From Balamuthia mandrillaris (taxonomy: Eukaryota), in the NCBI GenBank assembly GCA_031835245.2, contig JAVKOQ020000096.1, forward strand, positions 62,001 to 126,000: 64,000 bases of DNA. Direction: 5' to 3'. The stretch's first letter is position 1; every line of letters begins with the position of its first letter. A program made the translations under genes and the position numbers. The notes below the pieces were generated by a model, which was not told where the DNA came from, ran no database searches, and worked only from the letters and a program-made list of their open reading frames with translations. Positions 1 through 27,273 of this stretch are shown in pieces.

Positions 1-143
1 ACAGTGACAAACGAGCGAGATGCAAAGCTGTTTAGCGTTGGCGCTACCATGGTCACTTGAACAGAAAGCGGAACTGAGTCTTTGTTTCTGTTTGTCGGCG
101 AAGATGGAAGCGGAGAAAGAAAAATGCAACAGAAAAAAAGGTT

Positions 144-5843
<5,700 letters not shown>

Positions 5844-5994
5844 TTCCTTCCAATGGCTTGCCCTGCGGGATAAACAACTTGGAGCCGGGGCTGTCCTATT
5901 GTGACTTCTTTTCGCTTTTTTTTTCTCTCGCTACAGCGCACAAAGAAAAAGGCATTTCAATTAATTCCAGGAATATATTTTTGAATTTAATCCA

Positions 5995-6240
5995 CCATGT
6001 CGTCCTGATAAGTTGCTCCTTTTTGTCGACACAATCTGCCTCCAAAATCGGTCAACGGCCTACTTTTGATTTTGTTGACCGACCTGAGGAGGTAAACCGA
6101 TAAGATCTCAAATGAAATTTCAACGGGATTTCAAATTTTATTCATGACGACATGGAAAATATATTTGTTGCCTCGGATCATATAATCAATTTTCCATGAC
6201 GACATGGAAATTTGTAACTAAATTTCATGACGACAGTTCG
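5995..6240. promoter_or_regulatory. Divergent promoter with repeated CATGACGAC(ATGGAAA) motif
   Basis: catgacgacatggaaa at ~6143 and ~6196, catgacgaca at ~6227 and gtcgac at ~6025, between the RecQ and globin starts. Confidence 0.55.
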
Positions 6241-6518
6241 GCGACCTGATCATCATTTAATTAACCATGGGGCACGTGCGTTCCATGGACGTCTTGGGTT
6301 GACTTGTTGTACAAGATGAAAAGTCCGGAGTCGCTTGGAAGGGATTGGCCAGGTCGTGCGCATTCCTGCTTCCATTCAGGTCGCTGATTTATACCTCGAA
6401 GGTCCTGATGTCAAACCCATCCCACCACACATATTTAAGCCATTCATTCTTTCTTTCATTCCTCTCAACAGATAACATCCACAAGCCAATACAAAACAAC
6501 ACACAGACACTCGAGACA

Positions 6519-6914
6519 ATGCCTCAAACAAAAGCGGAAGCGGAGAGGACGCTCTATGACGAACTGGGAGGAGAGGCCGCCATCGATGCTGCCGTGGACA
6601 AGTTTTACGAAAAGGTCTTGGCCGATGAGCGCGTCAACTTCTTCTTCGATGGGGTGGACATGCGGAGGCAGGCCCGCATGCAAAAGGGCTTCCTCATCTT
6701 TGCCCTCGGCGGTCCCAGGAGGTACACTGGCAAAGGCATGAAGGTCGCCCACGAGCGGCTAGTCAAGGAGAAGGGCCTCAACGACCTTCACTTTGATGTA
6801 ATCGTGGAGCTGCTCTCTCAGACGCTGAGGGAGATGGGAGTGAGCGAGGAGAACATCGCAAAGGTGGGGGCCAAGTGCGAACCCCTCCGTGGCCCCATCC
6901 TTGGCCGTGAATGA
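6519..6914 (+). CDS. Group I (N-type) truncated hemoglobin, intronless
   Basis: TLYDELGGEAAIDAAVDKFYEKVLADERVNFFF...QARMQKGFLIFALGGPRRYTGKGMKVAH...HFDVIVELL shows the 2/2 globin Gly-Gly motifs, TyrB10, GlnE7/E11 and HisF8. ATG at 6519. Confidence 0.95.
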   Translation: MPQTKAEAERTLYDELGGEAAIDAAVDKFYEKVLADERVNFFFDGVDMRRQARMQKGFLIFALGGPRRYTGKGMKVAHERLVKEKGLNDLHFDVIVELLSQTLREMGVSEENIAKVGAKCEPLRGPILGRE

Positions 6915-7251
6915 AGGGAACTGCGAACAAACAACATCGACAATGTGGTCATCCACCACGTGTGTGTACAAAAGTAAAATAAAACCGTTCAAACAAACAA
7001 GTCTTTTGAGCGCTGAGCAAGCTTCTCCCTTGCTTCCTCCTCTAGCGTTTCGCTGCTCCTAAAGGAGATCGTTATGATACGGACCATTTAATGTCGACGA
7101 CGTGAAATTATTATTGATATTTTATTGGTAGATCAATTGTAACAGATCAATTTGATCTTGCTTTTATTCTGTCGACACAGCGGAAAAATAGAGCAGATGC
7201 TGCACTCTTTCAGCTCCTTTGGAGCAGAGGTAGAGTAGCAAAGCAGAAGAG

Positions 7252-8478
7252 ATGGAAGGAAGGAACGGCGGCGAAGCTGGTGGGCCGGAGCACATCTCGC
7301 GGTCGGAGCCATCATCACAGCCACCAAAACAACAAGAAGAAGAAGGAGAAATAGTATTTGACAAAGCGGAGAACAAAGAACTCGCTGCTTTCCGTTCGTC
7401 CACGAAAAACAAGATCGTCTGCCTCCAAAATCTCGTCAGCCAAGTGCAGGCCATCGAGCGGGAATGGGACTCGTTCTCCCCGCCCCAACAGCGCGAGCGG
7501 AGGATCCGTTTGTTGGTCGCCTGTTTGGCCACGCTGAAGGGCCACAAGGACAAGGACCTGCGCGAGGTCTCCCGGTTGAGCGACAAAGTGCCGCCTCACG
7601 CCGACGTCTCCCAGTTCACGCTCAAACACTTTCTGGGGCTCTTCCTGCCCATCGAACGCAAACACACTCGTGGCCTTCGTGACGACGAGTTTCTCATCAC
7701 CCGCGACGACCACAGGGAAACAGGAGGGGAAGCAGCAGCGAACTACAGCAAACAAAGCATCCCATTGACGCTCGTGTTGGACAACATCCGCTCGGCGTTC
7801 AATGTTGGGTCCATCTTTCGAACGGCGGAGTGCTTGGGAGTCCAAAAGATTTACCTATGCGGCTATACGGCCACCCCGGAGGAAGGTAAAGCCACGCAGA
7901 GGACCACCATGAATGCTCACCACCACGTGCGGTGGGAGTGGAGGCAGCACGTCAAAGAGGTGGTGCAAGAGCTGAAGCGAGGTGAGGAGGGAGGAGATGC
8001 GGCAGGCGGGAAGGGAGGAAGAGGAATGCCGATCATTGCTTTGGAGACGGTGAAGGATCAGCCCACCATATTTGACTTTAGTTTCCCTCCTCCTTTTGTT
8101 AAAAAGCTGAAAGAAGAAGGGGAAGAAGAAGAAGAAGAAAAGGGAGAACAGAAGGCCTCTAAAAAGATAAAGAAAAATGGAGTGAAGCGGAAGAGAGAAA
8201 ATGCCGATCAAGAAGAAGACCAAGAAGAACGGAAAGAACCAGAACACATGGAGGAAGAAGAGGAAGAAGTAGGATGTGCATTGATACTTGGGAACGAGCG
8301 GCACGGCATAGAGAGCGATCTGTTGGCGATGTGCGATGCGGTGGTGAGCATTCCTTGTCGTGGTGTGAAGAACTCGCTCAACGTGGGCGTTGCGTTTGGC
8401 ATTTGCGGCTACGAAATACTTCGCCAGTGGCAGTTATCTTCTCCGAAAATCAGTCAAGCTCAAAAAAACATTACATAA
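7252..8478 (+). CDS. SpoU/TrmH-family (SPOUT) RNA 2'-O-methyltransferase, intronless
   Basis: VLDNIRSAFNVGSIFRTA (motif 1), LILGNERHGI (motif 2), IPCRGVKNSLNVGVAFGICGYE (motif 3). Confidence 0.92.
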   Translation: MEGRNGGEAGGPEHISRSEPSSQPPKQQEEEGEIVFDKAENKELAAFRSSTKNKIVCLQNLVSQVQAIEREWDSFSPPQQRERRIRLLVACLATLKGHKDKDLREVSRLSDKVPPHADVSQFTLKHFLGLFLPIERKHTRGLRDDEFLITRDDHRETGGEAAANYSKQSIPLTLVLDNIRSAFNVGSIFRTAECLGVQKIYLCGYTATPEEGKATQRTTMNAHHHVRWEWRQHVKEVVQELKRGEEGGDAAGGKGGRGMPIIALETVKDQPTIFDFSFPPPFVKKLKEEGEEEEEEKGEQKASKKIKKNGVKRKRENADQEEDQEERKEPEHMEEEEEEVGCALILGNERHGIESDLLAMCDAVVSIPCRGVKNSLNVGVAFGICGYEILRQWQLSSPKISQAQKNIT

Positions 8479-8546
8479 CAAACACTCTTCGTCAATAAAA
8501 GCAAGGCAAGAACGAAAGAATGAGGAGTTCGATTAAGATTGTTCGT

Positions 8547-18867
<10,321 letters not shown>

Positions 18868-19104
18868 TTTTTTTTCGGTCTTTCTTTCTATTCTTTTTTT
18901 TCTTTCTCTCTTTATTTTTATGTTAATTAATTTTGCATCACAATAATCGATGGACAAAATAAAAATCTTTCTTTGTTGATATTATTGACAGTAATCACCA
19001 ATTATCAAGAGACCATGCTGGTAGCTTCCTATGGTGAATCGTTTGCTATTCTCCATTGTTGTGAATTATTCTGGGTAGTTTATAAAAACAATCCGAAAGA
19101 AGGG

Positions 19105-19108
<4 letters not shown>

Positions 19109-19150
<42 letters not shown>

Positions 19151-19200
19151 ATGAGAGAATGAGAGAATGAGAGAATGAGAGAATGAGAGAATGAGAGAAT
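19109..19200. repeat. (GA)n followed by (GAGAATGA)n tandem repeat
   Basis: Directly visible just downstream of the ArgRS stop codon. Confidence 0.9.
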
Positions 19201-19228
19201 GCATAATATTTGGGTCTTCTACAGCAGT

Positions 19229-21764
19229 TTACATTCGTTCCAAAGGGTCAAGGCCCAACAGTCGCATGCCGTTGGCAAGGGTGACTCGCGCCGCTGAGAA
19301 GAGCAGCATACGGGCCTCGGCCAAAGGTTTCTCCCGCCCGATGATCCACAGCTCCCTGTGACAGGCCGAGATGCTGTGGCAGAGGTCCATCAAATAGGTG
19401 ACCAGGGTGCAGGGCTCCGTCTGCTCAAAGGCCGCCTTGATGGCCGCTGGGTAACGAGCCAGCTTCAAAATCAGGTCTGATATTTTGTTTTGTTTGGTTG
19501 TTGGAACAACGAAATAACTCAGAGAGAGAGAGAGGGTGTTTTACCATGAGCTTCCTTCTCGGTCAGCAAGGAGAGGTCGGCGTCAGGGTTGACGGTAGTA
19601 CCGTCCTTCTCGGCGCACTTCCTCTCCACACTGGCCAATCGAGCATGGGCGTACTGGAGGTAAGGTCCCGTGTCTCCCTCTGAGGCGGTGGCTCGCTCGA
19701 GGTTGAAATGGTAGTCTTTGATCCTGCGGGCGCTAAAGTCCTGGACGATGATGGCTGAGACGCCCACCACCTCCGCCGTCTTGTCCAGGTTCTCAATCTC
19801 GGCGGACTTCTCCTCGTTGCTCTGGATGATTTGCAACATGTGCTCCTTGCTCTCCTCCAGGATGTCAGAGAGGAATCGCACAGTGCCCTTTCGGGTGGAC
19901 ATGCCGAGCACCATGCCAAAGTTGATGTGTTGGCATTCAGAGGCCCAGGGTTTATCCATCAGTTCCAGTATCTTGAAGAGCTGTTGGAAGTGGAGGTTTT
20001 GCTGAGCTGCCACCTGTTTAACAAAGACACAAGGGTGAGGAGTTGTTGTTTTAATTGTTGGTGGAGAGAGGAAGAGAGAGCGAGAGAAGAGGCTCATGCG
20101 AAAGATTGTGATTTTTTGAACGTAATATCATCCAGATGGTCATAGAGAGTACGTTTTAATCATAGCCCCGTAGCAGAAAGTGCTGAAAAGAAGGGAGAGA
20201 GAGAGAGAGAGAGAGAGAGTCAATACGTACAACGTAAACCATCTTGTCAAAGTTATACTCTTTCTTTCGGTGAATAGCAGCTGCGATATCTCGGGTAATA
20301 TAAAGAGTAGCTCCATCGGACTTCTTAATTACCACTTTGCCCAGCTTGTACGCCTGATAAAACAAAGAAGGAAGAAGGGATGAGAATGTGAATGCAGGCC
20401 ACCAGAAGTGAGTTAGTTACGTACAGTGAGGTCGCAAATCATGGCTCCCTTGTCCTCTGTCAAGAGACCTTTGTCCTCCAGTTCCTTCACAGCCTCCAAC
20501 ATACCCTCACTGAACATCGACTCGCCAGAGTAAACATCAAACTCTACGTTAAGTTGCTGATATCGTTTCTTGTATTCATCAATGCTAAGTCCTCGGAACT
20601 TTCGCCATAGGGAAAGCGCTTCCTCGTCTCCATCCTCCATTTTCTTGAAATAAGCTCGCGCTTGATTGTGAATTTCAGGGTCTGCTTCGGCATCCTTGTT
20701 GATGGCCACATAGACGTCAAAGAGATGCATGATGGGATCGGCTTGCAGCTTCTCCTCGGAGCCGTGCTTCTTGAAGCCCACTGCCAAGAGGCCGTACTGT
20801 TTGCCCCAATCGCCCAAGTAGTTGATGGCAACCACGTTATAGCCCATCGCTTTGTGAACGTTCTTAAGGAAGTTGCCAATGACAGTGGATCGCAGGTGAC
20901 CAAAATGGAATGGCTTTGCAATGTTGGGAGAGCTTTGGAAGGAAGAAACAAAATGAGCAAACAAAGAAACAAACAAAGGTATGAAGAAGTAAAGCAAGAA
21001 TAATAGGAGAAAGAGGCTCATGCGAAAGATTGTGATTTTTTGAACATGATATCATCCAGACGGTCATAGAGAGTACGTTTTAATCATAGCCTCATTTGCG
21101 GGTAGGGAGAGAAGGGGGAGCAGAGAGAGCAGAACACATGAAGAGGATAGAAAAGCTAAGAAGCAATACCTAAATTCAATCACGGCAGTCTTCCCTTTGA
21201 ACTCATTGGAACAGCCCCAATTCTCTCCAAGTTTATGAATGGAAGGAAGCAGGACCTTCGCCAGCTCTGCCTTGTTGATATCGAAATTGAGGTATGGCCC
21301 AGCCGCTGTCGCAGATGTCAACAGCGGAGTGGGAGTGAACTGAAAAAGAAAAAGAGGAGACAAAGAGAGGTCAGAGAAAGATTCAAAAAAAAAAAGATTG
21401 ATGCAAGAGTTACCTCTTGCGCCCATTTGGCAGCAAAGTCGTTCGGCTTGCCCTTTAGTTTGGCGAATTTGTTGATCTTGGGTACGCACACGGCGTAGTC
21501 AGCCTGTTTTGGCACTTCGATGAGCTCCATCGCTTGTTCGGGAGTGATGCCGGCAAGTTTAGCAGTGACCTCTGCTACCTCCCTGACAAACTGCAACGCA
21601 CACACACAAAAAGGTGGAACAAGCACGAGTGAGAACGAACTTCATTTTTTTTCCTTAAAAAAAAGGCGCATCACAACAAGCGCAGGGGGGGGAGTACCTA
21701 CCACGTCCAGAGGGTGAGGGAGGTCCTCCGGCAGTGACGAAGAAGACTTTTCTATTACTTCCAT
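19229..21764 (-). CDS. Arginyl-tRNA synthetase (multi-exon; start uncertain, 21764 or 21948)
   Basis: [17 protein letters not shown] (HIGH motif), [55 protein letters not shown]-terminal [10 protein letters not shown]. Confidence 0.95.
20091..20167 (-). ncRNA. Intronic box C/D snoRNA, U51/U32/snR39-like, copy 1
   Basis: Minus strand reads ggct-ATGATTA(C)-AAACGTACTCTCT-ATGA(D')-CCATCTGG-ATGATAT(C')-...AAATCACAATCTTTCGC-ATGA(D)-gcc. Terminal stem ggct/agcc. 74 of 77 nt identical to the copy at 21015-21091. Confidence 0.85.
21015..21091 (-). ncRNA. Intronic box C/D snoRNA, U51/U32/snR39-like, copy 2
   Basis: Same boxes and guides as copy 1, with a perfect 6-bp terminal stem gaggct/agcctc, in a different ArgRS intron. 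Confidence 0.85.
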
Positions 21765-22085
21765 TGTTGTTTGTGGTTTGCTGTGTGTGTATTTGGTCGC
21801 TTTCTTTGTTGAGCGGAAGAGCTATGAAAAAAAAAAAAAAACACGACCGTCCCGTTCTTCACTCCCTCCGCAAAACGTTGTTGGCTTTCAGCAGCGCTGT
21901 CCCTCTGAGAATTTTCTCAACCAGCTGGACAGAATGACTCCTCGTCATTTTAGTCGCGACGACATGAAATTACGATAATGAATTGCTGTCTAATTACGTT
22001 TCATGACGTCTTCACTTCGGCTTCAGTGCAATAAAACACGTCACTGAAATGGAAGAGTCTACTAAAAAAAAAAACAAGAAGGAGG

Positions 22086-22365
22086 ATGGGAGGTGGAGCC
22101 TCTACCGAGGTATTGATAAAGGGACATTGGCGTACGACACCACCTACGGACCAACACCCTGAATGGCAAGTTCGTTACGATAAGGCTGAAGAGGTAAGTA
22201 TACTGCTCCTCGCGCGTTTGCATCCTTTGACTTATAATCTTAAACGTGGCTTCAAAACAGGGGTACTGGGTGCAAGCGCGTTATGCCGACGCTTATCGTG
22301 CAGCATTACATGAGGACTGTGCGCTTTTAGATATCTGCATCCCCACAAATAACCAGCAATCATAA
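22086..22365 (+). CDS. Small two-exon orphan protein (~70 aa) with N-myristoylation-like start MGGGAS
   Basis: Exon 22086-22193, canonical intron gtaagt...aacag (22194-22260), exon 22261-22365 in frame. TGACGT-type motifs lie upstream. Confidence 0.4.
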
Positions 22366-22415
22366 TAATAAACAAAAAGGTCAATAAACATTATCAATCA
22401 TGATTGAATGTATGT

Positions 22416-22860
22416 TTATGAGGAGTGATACAGAACGACATAATTAGCAGCTTTGAATGGCGCGATAGCTGTAGGAATACGAAGGTCTCCAGGTTCGTTG
22501 AGTGGTAATGTCAAACGGCGTGGAGCACCATTTGGTGTTGCGTCTTGCATCATATAACGACCATGTATTGCAGTACCTCGTGCATCAGCTGGTGATACAA
22601 TAGTGAAGTCTATGCGTGATCTAAAACTAGAGAGATAACGAGTGAGATATAGATTGAGAAAGAGAGAGAGAGAACAAGTTGAGTACCGATCATAAGCTGG
22701 GAACGAAGCATCGGCAGTGTAAGTCTCGGTATGAGACAAGCCTTCGTCGTCAGTGTATTGAGTTTAGCCATGGAAGCAAACGTTGTTTTCTTCGACCCTG
22801 AGTTGCCAATACGTTTCGTATTCACAGCCTTCACGTGCATAACCTTTCCATAAACCTGTA
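22416..22860 (-). pseudogene. Possible spliced gene remnant with an in-frame stop
   Basis: Frame reads GLWKGYAREGCEYETYWQLRVEENNVCFHG*TQYTDDEGLSHTETYTADASFPAYDR|SRIDFTIVSP..., with TAA at 22764-22766 and a CT-rich intron at ~22625-22686. Confidence 0.3.
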
Positions 22861-23051
22861 TAACAGATACAGCATTAGAGATAGAGTGATGCCTTCGGGT
22901 CATCATGCCCATGACGACGCGAAATCAATAATTAATTGATATCACACGTGTCATAACTAAATAAAGTAATTTATGACGTCATAGCAATTTGACAAAAAGA
23001 ATGCCGGTTCACCACCAGTCAAAAAAAAAAAAAACAAGAAGCGCAAGAAGA

Positions 23052-23668
23052 ATGGCAGCCGCAGCACGCTCCTCTGCCTCCTACCTCCTGCCTCTTCTGC
23101 TGCTGCTCTCGGCGGGGGTGGCCACCCTCGTCGACGCTTTTTGCTACCGCGGCCACCTGAGCGCCAGGCAGGAGGCCTGCCAGTGGGGCTACGAAGGGGC
23201 GGAGGGTCCCGCCCACTGGGGCACCGTTTGTGACGGCCAGTACCCCGCCTGCAGCACCGGCGCGCAGCAGTCCCCCGTGGACCTTCTTGCCGAGGACGTG
23301 GGCAGCAACGACGGCAGCGAGGGCGGCACAGTGGAGCAAGTGGAGGGCGCCGACTATTTCCTCGAGTTGGAGTGGCACGACCAGGAGGAGGCGGAGATCT
23401 TCAACAACGGGCACACGATCGAGGTGGAGGTGCAGGCGGGCTCTACCGTGAGGGTGGAGGGGCTGTTGCCGGAGGGCCAGGAGTACCAGCTCAAGCAGTT
23501 CCACTTTCACACGCCCTCGGAGCATGCTTTTCAGGGCAAGACCTATCCTATGGAGATACACTTTGTGCACGCCACTGGTTTGTTACCATTACCTCCGAAG
23601 TTATCTCCTTCCTCTTGTGTTACGTTTGTTCATCCCTTTCTCCTCTCCTCTCCACTCCTTCCCTTCGC

Positions 23669-23711
<43 letters not shown>

Positions 23712-24253
23712 CTCTCCCTCTCTCTCTCGTCTTTTTCTTCCAATTAGAAAGCGGTAGCTTGGCGGTAGTGGGCATTCTGGTGGAGGAAGGACAAATAGAG
23801 AGCGCGTTCTTGCATGCGCTGGACCTCTCCGAACTGCCAGCCGACGCAGAGACGCCTCGTCGCACCGTGGCCATCGATTTTGCGCTGCTGTTTGAGGAGT
23901 TGGCGTCCTTTGAGTATGTTCACCTTCATGGCTCGCTGACCACTCCTCCTTGCTCTGAGGGTGTCATGGTATGTTTCCTCCACTACGTTCACTTTCTTTG
24001 CTTTTACGGTTTCACACTTATTCACTCCATTCTCCTTGATCATTCCACTGGCTATCACCAAAAAAAAAAAAAGTGGTTTGTGATCAAGAGCCCCATGGTT
24101 GCCACTACTGCACAACTCGAAGCCTTCACCACCATCCTGCAAGTCAACAACCGGCCTCTTCAGAGCTTGGGCAACAGAAACCAGACCGTCAACGAGGAAG
24201 GCACTTCTTCCTCTTCTTCTGCTCACTTTGTTGCTCCATCGTTTGTGCTGTAA
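23052..24253 (+). CDS. Secreted alpha-carbonic anhydrase (3 exons)
   Basis: Signal peptide, WGYEGAEGPAHWG, QQSPVDL, NNGHTIEV, QFHFHTPSEH, MEIHFVH (three Zn-binding His), GSLTTPPCSEGV, NNRPLQ. Confidence 0.95.
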
Positions 24254-24387
24254 ATTATTCTCATGTCGACCCGTTTAATAAAATTCATGTCGTCACGAAA
24301 TAAATCGGGCGAAAAATCGACAAAAAATTGGAAAAAATAGAAATAATATTCAACAACAAAAAAAGAGAAGAGAAAAGAAGAGAAAGG

Positions 24388-26708
24388 ATGGAGGAGACAA
24401 GAGTGACTGAGGCCAACGATGAGCAACAACAACAGCAGCACTTGGTAGAGAGCGGAAGGAAAGAAAGCGAGGAAAAGGAGAAGGAAAAGGGAACCAAGGG
24501 TGAGGAGCAATCTGAGGAAAGCCACAAGAAACAAGAAGCCAAATCAAGTGAGGATCAAGAGCAAAAAGAACAGGTTCCACCAAGAAAAGAATACCAACAA
24601 CAACCACCACCACCACCACCTTCCAAGAAGGAAGAACAGCGCTCTGCTGCTCCTCCCAAGCCACAAGCTGCTGCTGCTAACAATGGTGGGGGTTGGGGCT
24701 GGGGCAGCCTCTGGAGTGCCTCCTCTGCTCTCGTCAACGATTACATCTTACCTCTCGTTGGTGACACAGGTCTCTCTCGCTCTCCTTCTTCTTTCTTGCT
24801 TGCTATTTTATAACTTTTGACAAAAACCAAAAAAACAAAACAACAGATGAGGAACAAGCAGAAAAAAGAGAAGAAACAGAGGCCACGAATGACGCTGTGA
24901 AGCACCAAGAAGAGGAGGAGGAAGAAGAGCAGGACAGAGCGGTAGAGCTTGGTAAGGCGGCCTATTCCTATGTGGAGAGCATGGCCAGCGCTGCCTCCTC
25001 CTCTCTGTCTGCTGCTCTTTCCGACAAGGCGGTGCTAGAAAGAGGCAGAGAAGTTGGTTCGTTTCTTTGTATTCTCTGTTGCTGTTCATTTCTTGTTCTT
25101 GTTCTTCTTCTTCTTCGTCTGACACAACGAAATAGGAGAGTGGTCTACGACAATGTCTTTCGAGTTTCTCGAACGAATGGGCAAAGCCACGTTCGACGTG
25201 CTGTCCAAAGAGCTCGCTGCCGCTGCGGCTGGCATCTCCCCACAAGAAGACCAAGCCAACACCACCACGTCCCAAAGGACCGATTTCACTTCTCCTTCTT
25301 TGTCTCATCAAAATGCCGCATCAAGTGATCGCTCAAGCTTCGAGGCCTGCTTTGAGGAGAAACATGGCTCCATACACTTGCAAGCATTGGAGAATCTTTC
25401 CACACAGTGTGTTGTTCGTTTGGGACAGGCTGATGGAGACCTACTTGCTCAACTTCAAGGTATCCTCCTTTTGTTTTGTTTTGTTGTTCTTTTTGTTATT
25501 GTTGCTTATTCGGTTTTAAACTTTTATCTTGCAGAGAGTTTCCAGAGTATAAAGGACGTATTAGCACAGGAAGAAGAGGACGACGATGACGATGACGACG
25601 ATGATGATGAGGATGAGGATGAAGAAGAGCATGAGGACGAAAGCGTTGGCAAAGATAAAAGGCAAGTCAAAGATGCCAAAAAGGCTTCAGCGAGTCCTTT
25701 GCCAGTTAATGGGCTGGTACCTTGTTTTGTTTTTCTTTTTCGCCCTTTTTTAAAAGTACTTATTTCTCGTGTTCTTATGATAATGGCATTCATTTGCAAC
25801 AACTAGAATAGGAGAGCACGTTTGAAGAAGAAAATGATCGAGTCTTTTGTTAAAGAAGCAAAGAACAAAGTGGAGGAGTTGGCTTCCTTCTACGAAGGAG
25901 AACGTACGACTCTTTTCATTTTTTTCTTTCAAAAAAAAACACAAAATTTACTGTTGTTCTTCTTTTACACTTCAGTTCAGGAAGCAGTTGAGGAGATGAA
26001 GGGCAAAGAGGATAGTGCAGTAACCGAGCACATAATGAAAACTGCTTTGGAAGGCTTTGATAAAGTGTACGTGCTATTCTCTCGTTTCTTTACTTTTGTT
26101 TTGGAGGAATATCGCTCTTTTATTTATTGCTGTTGTTGGGTTGTCTTATCATCAATAGATGTTACCAAAGCATGTTGATTCTTTCTGAATTGGTAGGTTT
26201 CATTTATTGCTCCTCTCTCTTATGTTTTCTTCTTTCTAGTGTGTTGATGGTTGTTACTACAGAGCGCCAATGGCATAGAGTTATTGTTGCGTGTGGCTGA
26301 GAGCTATTTGGTTTTGGAAGATACCCCTGCTCGCAAAGAAGAGCCCTTGGAGCGAGCCAACTTTATCACCGCTTTAACCACTTACCTTCTCAAAGTAACG
26401 CCACCTCTCAGTATTATTTTTTTGGTTTTTTTTTGTTTTCCTGTCATCGTTAACTGCAACAACATCAACAGGAGGTAAGCGAGTTGGCAACGGCCTACAC
26501 TCGTTGCTTGTCTGCCATCAAAGATTGTGCCGGCAAGGCCAACGCCGCCTCCTCCGCCGATCTGGCCAAGGTGCTGACCAAGGAGTCGCTGCGCATCCAC
26601 GCCTATGCGGGAAGCGCCAGCACCAACCTGGAGTGCAAGAGCTTGTTCGTGTCTATCTGTCAGGCCAGCTTGCTGCTTCGTGAAGAAGAACAGAGGAAAG
26701 GGCAGTAG
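24388..26708 (+). CDS. FAM114/Noxp20-like protein (multi-exon)
   Basis: GGGWGWGSLWSASS, FLERMGKATFDVL and FEEKHGSIHLQALENLS resemble the conserved FAM114A blocks as I recall them. Confidence 0.7.
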
Positions 26709-27273
26709 AAAAAAAAATTCTTTTTTTGTATAGCGCAAAAAAAAAATGGAATATTTTTGATTTTATTATCGTTTCTTTAATTATTTGAATATGTGTTGAT
26801 ACCTTCGACAGGCATCGGCGATTATTTGGCGTGTTTGAGGGGTAGAACCCCAACCCATAATGATGTGTCCAGCGGCGTATGGCGGAAAAGTCGTGGAGGG
26901 GACAAGAAAATAAGGACAACCTGACGTCATGGCTCGCCAAGTTGCCTGCCCTGCCAATGGATGATTGGCGCTCCGAAACTCCGGGGACGGAGTGACAGGG
27001 AAAATACGTCGACGTTTATTCCCACTTTCTTCTTCTTTTCTTGTCTTCTTCTTCTTTGGCGCTTGCTTTTCTTCTTTTTTTTCCTTTCCTTTCCTTTCTT
27101 TTTTTTTGCACTGCAGCGACCAAACACACGCCACAGCTTCTTTGCTTTTCTTTTTCGAACGTTGCCCCTTGCTTACGTTTAAAAAAAAAAAAGAGAGCAT
27201 CCTTTTTCCCCCCTCCGAAAAAAAAAATCTTTCATCTTCTCCGCCCTATTTATACGCACAAACACACATCAAA

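Noticed and set aside
20091..21091. 77-bp duplicate as a MITE or assembly artefact
   Set aside because: The copies differ at 3 positions, sit in separate introns of an intact gene and carry C/D boxes plus an rRNA guide.
21859..21861. In-frame TGA upstream of ArgRS as selenocysteine or readthrough
   Set aside because: Non-conserved region that is better explained as intron; no SECIS identified.
26965..27273. N-terminal extension of the eEF2 ORF
   Set aside because: Low-complexity T-rich leader with a non-ATG start; the conserved start MVNFT is at 27274.
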